Assembly: GCA_905235325.1 (NCBI GenBank)
Contig: CAJOLE010000012.1
Coordinates: 5,768 to 69,767 of the forward strand
DNA: 64,000 nucleotides
Origin: an uncultured Prevotella sp.
GTDB lineage: Bacteria; Bacteroidota; Bacteroidia; Bacteroidales; Bacteroidaceae
Reading direction: 5' to 3'
In this document: piece by piece, positions 1-9,579 of the stretch
How positions within the stretch are numbered: the first letter of the stretch is position 1
How the letters are laid out: the number at the start of each line of letters is the position of its first letter
Made by a program: the position numbers and the translations under genes
The notes under the pieces: model-generated
What the model saw: only the letters and a program-made list of their open reading frames with translations
Databases searched by the model: none
Told to the model about the DNA's origin: nothing

Positions 1-1
1 C

Positions 2-1463
2 CCCGTCTTGGTGAACGACAAGAACGCCAGCATCTACCATATCGACTTCTCGTTCTGCGAGCAGCGCCTCGGCGGCTCCGCGCTTGCGCAGTCGCTGGGC
101 AAGGTGGGCGACGACGTCCCCACGGTGAACAGTGCTGAGTACTTCGCCGATGCCTTCAACGCCGTTCAGGAGCTCATCAAGAAGGGCTGGGTGATGGCCG
201 GGCACGACATCTCCGCCGGCGGTCTGATAACGACGCTCTTAGAGATGACGTTTGCCAACACGAAGGGAGGCCTGCACATCAACCTGCACGACCTGGCCTC
301 CCCCAACCCCTCCCAAGGAGGGGAGTCAGACATCGTGAAGGTGCTGTTTGCCGAGAACCCCGGCGTGGTCATCGAGGTGAGCGACGAGCATAAGTTCGAG
401 TTCCGCGAGTTCATGGAGGACGCCGGCGTGGGCTTTGCCAAGATCGGCTACCCGGTGGAGGGAAGCCGCGAGATTGTGGTGGTTCAGCCTAAGGGCAGCG
501 GCGACGCCGCTGCACAGCCGACCGAGCTGCACTTCGACATCGACCACCTGCGCGACGTTTGGTATAAGACCAGCTACCTCCTTGACCGCAAGCAGTCGTT
601 CAACGGAAAGGCCCGCGAGCGCTACGAGAACTACAAGCAGCAGCCCATCGAGATGAAGTTCCCGAAGGGCTTCACGGGCAAGCTGGCCCAGTACGGCGTC
701 AGTGCCGACCGCCGCGAGCCTACGGGCATCAAGGCCGCCATCATCCGCGAGAAGGGCACCAACGGCGAGCGCGAGATGGCCTACTCGATGTATCTGGCCG
801 GCTTCGACGTGAAGGACGTGATGATGACCGACCTCATCACGCGAGACGCTGGAGGACATCAACCTCATCGTCTTCTGCGGCGGCTTCTCCAACAGCGACG
901 TGCTCGGCTCGGCCAAGGGCTGGGCGGGCGCCTTCCTCTTCAACCCGAAGGCGAAGGAGGCGCTGGACAAGTTCTACGCCCGCAAGGACACGCTCTCGCT
1001 CGGCATCTGCAACGGTTGCCAGCTGATGGTGGAACTGGGCCTGACAGGCGCGAAGGGTGCCAAGATGCTGCACAACGACTCGCACAAGTTCGAGTCGGAG
1101 TTCATCGCACTGCAGATACCGCAGAACAACAGCGTGATGTTCGGCTCGCTCAGCGGCTCGAAGCTCGGCCTGTGGGTGGCCCACGGCGAGGGCAAGTTCC
1201 GCCTGCCGGAGGCAGAGAGCGCCTACAACGTCGTGGCGAAGTACAACTACCACGGCTACCCCGCCAACCCCAACGGCTCCGACTACGACGTGGCGGGCAT
1301 CTGCTCTGAGGACGGCCGCCACCTGTGCATGATGCCGCACCTGGAGCGCGCCATCTTCCCGTGGCAGAACGCCTGGTATCCCGCCAACCGCCGCCAGGAC
1401 GAGGTGACGCCGTGGATTGAGGCATTCGTCAACGCACGTAAGTGGGTGGAGGCTCATAAGTAA
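2..1463 (+). CDS. purL: Phosphoribosylformylglycinamidine synthase, C-terminal part (5' truncated by the window; frameshift near 838)
   Basis: Frame 1 has AGHDISAGGL and REKGTNGEREM; frame 2 continues FCGGFSNSDVLGSAKGW, LGICNGCQ, AHGEG and MMPHLER (glutaminase triad). The join at MTDLIT/RETLEDINL lacks about 5 nt. Confidence 0.95.
296..326 (+). repeat. REP-like hairpin, family A (single), in frame in purL
   Basis: gcctcccccaa-cccctcc-caa-ggagggg-agt; encodes ASPNPSQGGE; matches the copies at 1465, 4296 and 22552. Confidence 0.8.
493..519 (+). repeat. GC hairpin, family C, in frame in purL
   Basis: gcagcggcg-a-cgccgctgc-acagcc; a related copy lies on the - strand at 3344-3367. Confidence 0.55.
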
Positions 1464-1464
1464 G

Positions 1465-1579
1465 AGCCTCCCCAAGCCCCTCCAAAGGAGGGGATGTTTA
1501 GATAGTAAAATTTATGCAGAAGCCACCATCAGATTATGTAACCGGACATCCCTCCCTTCGGGAGGGCTTGGGTGGGCTT
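1465..1579. repeat. REP-like family A inverted doublet (REPIN-like) overlapping the start of the first chromate transporter ORF
   Basis: agcctccccaagcccctccaaaggaggggatgtt (1465-1498) and inverted acatccctcccttcgggagggcttgggtgggct (1546-1578). Confidence 0.85.
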
Positions 1580-2104
1580 TTTACTACATTCTTCAAGATT
1601 GGCATATTCACCCTCGGGGGTGGATATGCCATGATTCCCCTGATAGAGGAAGAGGTGGTCAACCGCCATCAATGGGTGACGAAGGAGGAGCTGCTCGACC
1701 TGATAGCCATCGCGCAGAGCTGCCCCGGCATCTTTGCCGTCAACATAGCCATCTTCGTGGGCTACAAGCTGCGCCAGCTGCGCGGAGCCCTCGCCACGGC
1801 TTTCGGCACGGTGCTGCCGTCGTTTATCATCATCCTCGCCGTCGCCATCTTCTTTTCCGCCTTCAAGGAGAACCCCATCATAGCCGCCATGTTCCGCGGC
1901 ATCCGCCCGGCAGTGGTAGCCCTCATCGCCGTGCCTACGTTCCGCATGGCGCAGTCGGCGAAGATAGGCTGGACCAACTGCTGGATTCCCGTCGTCTCTG
2001 CCCTGCTCATCTGGCTGCTCGGCGTTTCACCTATTTATATTATAATAATAGCCGGGATAGCCGGGTTCATCTACGGTATGTATATCAAGCCCACCGCGTC
2101 ATGA
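1514..2104 (+). CDS. Short-chain chromate transporter (CHR family), subunit 1
   Basis: FFKIGIFTLGGGYAM and AQSCPG motifs; hydrophobic; paired with a paralogue. Confidence 0.9.
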   Translation: MQKPPSDYVTGHPSLREGLGGLFTTFFKIGIFTLGGGYAMIPLIEEEVVNRHQWVTKEELLDLIAIAQSCPGIFAVNIAIFVGYKLRQLRGALATAFGTVLPSFIIILAVAIFFSAFKENPIIAAMFRGIRPAVVALIAVPTFRMAQSAKIGWTNCWIPVVSALLIWLLGVSPIYIIIIAGIAGFIYGMYIKPTAS

Positions 2105-2676
2105 TTTACCTCGACCTCTTCATCACGTTCTTCAAGATAGGCTTGTTCGGCTTCGGCGGCGGCTACGGTATGCTGTCGCTCATCCAGAATGAGACGGTGG
2201 AGCGCACCCACTGGCTGACGACGGCCGAGTTCACCGACATCGTCGCCATCTCGCAGATGACACCCGGCCCCATCGGCATCAACACTGCCACCTACTGCGG
2301 CTACTCGGCCGTCGAGAATGCCGGCTACGGCCACCTGATGGCTGTGCTCGGCTCGGCCACGGCGACGACGGCCCTCGTGCTGCCGTCGCTCATCCTGATG
2401 ATACTCATCAGCCGCCTGTTCATGAAGTATATGAACACACGCGCCGTCCGCGCCGTCTTCGCCGGACTGCGCCCCGCCGTGGTCGGCCTGCTGGCGGCTG
2501 CCACACTGCTGCTCTGCAACGCCGAGAACTTCTCCATCCCTGCTGAGAACCCGTGGCAGTTCTGGATCAGCGTGGCCCTCTTCGCCGCCACCGTCTTCGG
2601 CACGGCCTACCTGAAGATCAACCCCATCCGCATGATCTGCTACGCCGCCTTCGCCGGCCTGCTGCTGCTGAGCTGA
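2101..2676 (+). CDS. Short-chain chromate transporter (CHR family), subunit 2
   Basis: ATGA overlap with the upstream gene; FFKIGLFGFGGGYGM and SQMTPGP motifs. Confidence 0.9.
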   Translation: MIYLDLFITFFKIGLFGFGGGYGMLSLIQNETVERTHWLTTAEFTDIVAISQMTPGPIGINTATYCGYSAVENAGYGHLMAVLGSATATTALVLPSLILMILISRLFMKYMNTRAVRAVFAGLRPAVVGLLAAATLLLCNAENFSIPAENPWQFWISVALFAATVFGTAYLKINPIRMICYAAFAGLLLLS

Positions 2677-2741
2677 CGACGACGGCGCAGGGCGCAGAGA
2701 GTAACTGTAAATAGGCATACCAAATTGGACAACCTTTGCCC

Positions 2742-3126
2742 AAAAGGCGGCACTTTTGCTCAAAAGCCCGCCGCCATTTCCGAAAAACCCGCCGCCTTTT
2801 GCCGAAAACCCGCCGCCTTTTGAAAACTACACGCCGTGGCCGACTTCCGTTTTCGTTTTGGCTGTCGTTATCGTTACTGTTTTGCTTATCGTTTTGGTTT
2901 TCTTTCCGCCTGCTCCCAAGGTGTAGGTTCAGGTGTCGGTTCGGCGGTGCAGATTGGCCGGTCGGCCTCACCGTCGGCGTTTCCCTTCGTGCTCAATCGC
3001 TATATATATAGTTGTAATATGTACTTTTTATCCTACACTTCCTACACTTCCTACACCTAAAAAAAGTAGGGCAGGTGTAGGAAGTGTAGGAAGTGTAGGA
3101 TAACTCCTGCAAATGACAATCATATA
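2742..3126 (+). repeat. Composite intergenic module, copy 1
   Basis: 21-bp-period units at 2742/2763/2784/2805; aggtgtaggttc-aggtgtcggttc at 2919-2942; tatatagttg at 3005; perfect 31-bp inverted repeat 3028-3058/3073-3103. Confidence 0.9.
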
Positions 3127-3134
3127 CGCAGCGG

Positions 3135-5195
3135 TCAGAACTCCAGCACCAGCGACTGGCGCGGCTTCAGCTCCACGTCGCGGCTCAGGTCGTAGTAGCG
3201 GCCGGTGAGCACGTCGCGGGCGCGCGTGGCCTGCCCGATGACCTCGGCGTAGCGCTTCACCTGCATCACGGCAGGCTTCGTCGTCCCGTTCAGGACGGTC
3301 AGCACCGTCCCCGCCCGCTGGCCGCCGCTCAGCTCCGCCCGCTGGCTGTGCTGCGGCGTCGCAGCCCTCCTCGCGATAACATACACCCCCTGATAGGGAA
3401 TAAACTGCGTCTGCCGCCCCTGAGTGATGACGGTGTTGCCCTGCCGCCAGTGCAGCAGGCGGCTGAGCCACTGGAACATCGACTGCTCCTGCCGTGTGCG
3501 GCCCTCACGGGTGAAGGCGTTGTGCGTGTCGCCGGGGAAGCCGCCGGGGAAGTCCTTGCGCACGTTGCCGTCGGTCACCTCCTTCGTGCCGTTCATCAGG
3601 ATTTCCGTGCCGTAGTACAGCTGGGGTATGCGGTTCACCGTCAGCAGCAGGGCCAGGGCCTGCTTCAGCATCAGCGTGTCGCGGCCGTTCTTCAGGAAGC
3701 GGTCGGTGTCGTGGTTCTCGATGAAGGCCATGACCGACGACGGGTTCGGGTACAGATAGTCGTAGACAAACGAGTTGTAGAGCAGGTTCAGGCCGGCGAA
3801 CCAGCCGTCGGTCTCCTCGGTAGCCGCCCGGTTGATTCGGTCGTAGAACGAGAAGTCCATCACCGTCTTCAGGTAAGACTCTAAGCCCCCTAAGTTAGGG
3901 GGTTGGGGGTCTGAAGGAGCCTTGTTCAGACCCCTGTTGTCCCCTAACTTAGGTGACCATGCAACCCGGCTTTGCCAGGCGGCGGTATAGGCCGGCTCCG
4001 TCACCCAGGTCTCGCCCACGGTGTTGAAGTTGGGGTATTCGTCGTCTATCTCCTTCATCCAGTCGGCCATCGCGTCGGCGAAGGCGTAGGGATAGGTGTC
4101 CATGCGGATGCCGTCGATGCCGACGGTCTCTATCCACCACTTCGAGTTCTGGATGAGGTAGCGCATGAGGTGCGGGTTGTGCTGGTTCAGGTCGGGCATG
4201 GTGGGCACGAACCAGCCCTCGACGGTCTCCCTCCGGTCAACCTCGGAGGCGTAGGGGTCGAGGACGGGCGTCAGCTTGTAGCTGGTCAGGATGTAAGCCT
4301 CCCCAAGCCCCTCCGAAGGAGGGGGTGTTTGGTCACCTGAAGAGCTGTCATGTGCCTTAACATCCCCTCCTTCGGAGGGGCTTGGGGAGGTTTTAAGGTT
4401 CAGCCAGTCCTTGCTGGGCAAGTCGGCAATCCACGGATGCTCTAAGCCGCTGTGGTTGAAGATCATGTCCATCACCACCTTCAGCCCTTTCCCGTGGGCT
4501 TCGTCGCAGAGGCGGCGGTAGTCGTCGTTGGTGCCGAAGCGGGGGTCTACGCGGTAGTAGTTGGTGGTGGCGTAGCCGTGGTAGGTGGAGTAGCCACGGG
4601 GGTCGTCGGGCGAGTTGTTCTCGAGGACCGGCGTCAGCCAGAGGGCCGTCACGCCGAGGTCGCAGAAGTAGTCTAAGTGCTCGCGGATGCCGTTCAGGTC
4701 GCCGCCGTGGCGCAGCGAGGGCTGCGAGCGGTCCTCCCTGTAGGGGCACATGCCCTTCACCTGCGGGTTGTGGCCACGGCCCTGGGCGAAGCGGTCGGGC
4801 ATGAGCATATAGAGCACGTCGGCATTGGTGAAGCCCCTGCGCTCCCCGCCGCTCTTCTCGCGCTGCTTCAGCTGGTAATCCACGCTGAGCGTCGAGCGCT
4901 GAGCGCTGAACGTCAGTTTCATCGTGCCGGGCCGGGCGTCGCGCAGGTTCATGTAGACGAGCAGGTAGTTGGGCGAGTCGAGGCGCACGAGGCTGTCGAC
5001 GACGGCCCCGGGGTAGTCGGTGGTCACGCGCTGGACGTCGCGGATGCCCTGGCCGTAGACCATCAGCTGCACCGTCGGGTTCTTCATGCCGACGAACCAG
5101 TCGGTAGGTTCGATGCGGTCGATCTTGATTTTTGCTGCACTCATTGTTAGCATTGGTGCCACGAGGGCGGTTAACAGTAAAAGATTCTTTTTCAT
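3135..5195 (-). CDS. susA: GH13 neopullulanase/cyclomaltodextrinase (SusA-like) with signal peptide
   Basis: IDRIEPTDWFVGMKNP N-domain; LYMLMPDRF, YHGY, GIRMDTYPY, VGETW and FIENHDTDR motifs. Carries several in-frame repeat insertions. Confidence 0.9.
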   Translation of the reverse strand: MKKNLLLLTALVAPMLTMSAAKIKIDRIEPTDWFVGMKNPTVQLMVYGQGIRDVQRVTTDYPGAVVDSLVRLDSPNYLLVYMNLRDARPGTMKLTFSAQRSTLSVDYQLKQREKSGGERRGFTNADVLYMLMPDRFAQGRGHNPQVKGMCPYREDRSQPSLRHGGDLNGIREHLDYFCDLGVTALWLTPVLENNSPDDPRGYSTYHGYATTNYYRVDPRFGTNDDYRRLCDEAHGKGLKVVMDMIFNHSGLEHPWIADLPSKDWLNLKTSPSPSEGGDVKAHDSSSGDQTPPPSEGLGEAYILTSYKLTPVLDPYASEVDRRETVEGWFVPTMPDLNQHNPHLMRYLIQNSKWWIETVGIDGIRMDTYPYAFADAMADWMKEIDDEYPNFNTVGETWVTEPAYTAAWQSRVAWSPKLGDNRGLNKAPSDPQPPNLGGLESYLKTVMDFSFYDRINRAATEETDGWFAGLNLLYNSFVYDYLYPNPSSVMAFIENHDTDRFLKNGRDTLMLKQALALLLTVNRIPQLYYGTEILMNGTKEVTDGNVRKDFPGGFPGDTHNAFTREGRTRQEQSMFQWLSRLLHWRQGNTVITQGRQTQFIPYQGVYVIARRAATPQHSQRAELSGGQRAGTVLTVLNGTTKPAVMQVKRYAEVIGQATRARDVLTGRYYDLSRDVELKPRQSLVLEF
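3886..3953. repeat. REP-like family B inverted doublet, in frame in susA
   Basis: cctaagttagggg (3889-3901) is inverted with cccctaacttagg (3941-3953); inner stem ggggtctgaa/ttcagacccc; encodes SPKLGDNRGLNKAPSDPQPPNLGG. Confidence 0.75.
4295..4393. repeat. REP-like family A inverted doublet, in frame in susA
   Basis: agcctccccaagcccctccgaaggagggggtgtt and inverted aacatcccctccttcggaggggcttggggaggtt; encodes KTSPSPSEGGDVKAHDSSSGDQTPPPSEGLGEA. Confidence 0.9.
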
Positions 5196-5255
5196 GTTCG
5201 CGTTGGGTGTTAGTTCATTCTTGCGGTGCCGCGGCCCCTCTGGCCTCCCCTGCCC

Positions 5256-7178
5256 TCAGTCGTGCAGGATCAAGGCCGACTGCGGCTCCACGGTGGTGCG
5301 GCGGCCGAAGACCTTGCTGACCGACTGCTCGTTGATCTCCCCGTTCTCACAGACAATGGTGTACAGACCCTTGGGAATGTTGACCGTAGCCGTCTCGCGG
5401 TTCGCGTTGAGGATGACGATGATGTTGCGCCAGTCGTCGCGGCCGGCATAGTCCTTCAGGCGGAAGGCAACGACGCCCTTCGGGGCATCGAGAAACTCTA
5501 AGTGCTTGCGCACGAGGTGGGCATCGCCCAGACGGAAGGCGGGGTGATGGGCGCGCAGGGCTATCAGGTCCTGGTAGTACTTCAGCACCTGCGGGTAGCG
5601 CTGCTGGTTCTGCCAGTCGAGCTGGTTGATGCTGTCGGGCGACTCGAAGGAGTTGTGTACGCCCTTCTTCGTGCGCAGCAGCTCCTCGCCGCCGAGCATG
5701 AAGGGCACGCCCTGAGAGGTGAAGACCGCCGTCTGGGCCAGCAGGTCGAGGCGGATGAGCTCCTCCTCGGTGATGGCGGGAATGCTGGCACGCAGGCGGT
5801 CGGTGAGGCACATGTCGTCGTGGCAGGAGACGTAGGCCAGCATCTGCGTCGGCTCGGCGGCCCACGGCTGCTTCGCGTAGTTCACCTTCGCCATGTCCAC
5901 CTGCGGATGGCTGATGCCGCCGACGATGCCGAACTTCACGCTCTCCTCGCAGTCGGGAGCGCCGCCGAGCCAGCCAGCCTTCGTGTCGTCGTCGAACGGG
6001 CCGCGCAGGGCGTCGCGCAGTTCGTCGCTGAAGGCGGCGATACGGGGCATCTGCGGGATGTTCGCCTTCACGCCGAGCTGCTCGGTGGGCAGGGCGCACT
6101 GGCCGGCACTCCAGCCCTCGCCGTAGATGAAGATGGAGGGATTGAGCTTGTCGAGCTCCTGTCGGATGAGGTTCATCGTCTCGATGTCGTGACAGCCCAT
6201 GAGGTCGAAGCGGAAGCCGTCGATGCGGAACTCGTTGTACCAGTACTTCACTGACTCAACCATGAACCGCCGCATCATCGGCTTCTCTGACGCCGTCTCG
6301 TTGCCGCAGCCGGAACCGTTGCTGTATTTGCCGTTTGCGGATTGGCGATAGTAGTAATCGGGATAGGTGCGCTGGAAGTTGGAGTGCCCGATGTCGTATG
6401 TGTGGTTATAGACCACGTCGAGGATGACGGCAATGCCGGCAGTGTGGAGGGCCTGCACCATCTGCTTGAACTCGCGGAGACGGCAGACGGGGTCGTAGGG
6501 GTCGGTGGAGTAGCTGCCCTCCGGCACGTTGTAGTTCACGGGGTCGTAGCCCCAGTTGTACTGAGCCTCGTCGAGCCGCGTCTCGTCAACAGAGCCGTAG
6601 TCGTAGCTGGGCAGGATATGCACGGCGTTGACACCCAACTGCTTCAGGTGGTCGATGGCCCACGGCTCGGTCAGCGCAAGAAACTTGCCGGGGTACTTGG
6701 CATCGGGGCGGGCCACGGAGAAGTCGCGGTGGTGAAGCTCGTAGACCACGAGGTCGGCAGCCGACTTGATGACGGGGTGCTGGTCGCAGCACCAGTCGTC
6801 GGGCCACGTGTTCATCGTGTTTACGATGGCACCGCGCTGTCCGTTCACGCCGACGGCCTTGGCAAAGACGCCCGGCGTCTCGCCGTGGCCGGTGTCGAAG
6901 GTGTAGAAGCGGCCCATGAGGTCGCCCTTGACGGCGGCCGACCATACCGCTCCCTCCTGCCCTAAGGTGGAGACTTTCATCGCGACGGTCTTCAGCGGCT
7001 TGCCGCCCTGGCCGTCCTTGTAGATACGCACCTTCACAGCCTTGGCCTTGGCCGGGGCAAAGAGTCTGAACGTCGTAACCTCAGGGGTGTACTCCATCTC
7101 GTTGAAGTTGAAATCCTGCGATTGGGCGGGCTTGACCGCCAGCACTGTCAGTAGTCCTGCTAATATCAATTTCTTCAT
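5256..7178 (-). CDS. pulA: Type I pullulanase (GH13)
   Basis: YNWGYDP signature, DVVYNH, GFRFDLMG, YGEGW, YVSCHDD; signal peptide. Confidence 0.93.
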   Translation of the reverse strand: MKKLILAGLLTVLAVKPAQSQDFNFNEMEYTPEVTTFRLFAPAKAKAVKVRIYKDGQGGKPLKTVAMKVSTLGQEGAVWSAAVKGDLMGRFYTFDTGHGETPGVFAKAVGVNGQRGAIVNTMNTWPDDWCCDQHPVIKSAADLVVYELHHRDFSVARPDAKYPGKFLALTEPWAIDHLKQLGVNAVHILPSYDYGSVDETRLDEAQYNWGYDPVNYNVPEGSYSTDPYDPVCRLREFKQMVQALHTAGIAVILDVVYNHTYDIGHSNFQRTYPDYYYRQSANGKYSNGSGCGNETASEKPMMRRFMVESVKYWYNEFRIDGFRFDLMGCHDIETMNLIRQELDKLNPSIFIYGEGWSAGQCALPTEQLGVKANIPQMPRIAAFSDELRDALRGPFDDDTKAGWLGGAPDCEESVKFGIVGGISHPQVDMAKVNYAKQPWAAEPTQMLAYVSCHDDMCLTDRLRASIPAITEEELIRLDLLAQTAVFTSQGVPFMLGGEELLRTKKGVHNSFESPDSINQLDWQNQQRYPQVLKYYQDLIALRAHHPAFRLGDAHLVRKHLEFLDAPKGVVAFRLKDYAGRDDWRNIIVILNANRETATVNIPKGLYTIVCENGEINEQSVSKVFGRRTTVEPQSALILHD

Positions 7179-7199
7179 AGTTTAGGTATTATTACGGCG

Positions 7200-7207
7200 C
7201 AAAGATA
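7200..7207 (-). promoter_or_regulatory. Bacteroidota -7 promoter element for pulA
   Basis: TATCTTTG on the - strand, ~22 nt upstream of the ATG. Confidence 0.6.
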
Positions 7208-7210
7208 CGC

Positions 7211-7260
7211 AAAAAAAAGAAGAACCCCAAAAGTTCTGAAGAAAACTTTCGGGGCTCTTC
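7211..7260 (-). terminator. Probable intrinsic terminator after the GH97 gene
   Basis: Stem ccccaaaagtt/aactttcgggg followed on the - strand by a T8 run. Confidence 0.6.
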
Positions 7261-7283
7261 CTAATTATTCCGGGTTCTCGTTC

Positions 7284-9543
<2,260 letters not shown>

Positions 9544-9579
9544 TCACTTAACGCTTCATGGCGATGCCGTCTGCCGGAT

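Noticed and set aside
2618-3060. Short ORFs over the module (also 14484-14952 and 47127-47797)
   Set aside because: They are translations of the 21-bp and 9-bp repeats (KTRRLL, PTLPTL, KPAAFS) in differing frames and strands, with no conserved start or stop.
2742-3126. Module palindrome as just a bidirectional terminator
   Set aside because: Only copy 1 is between convergent genes; copies 2 and 3 are between divergent promoters, and the conserved upstream motifs would be unexplained.
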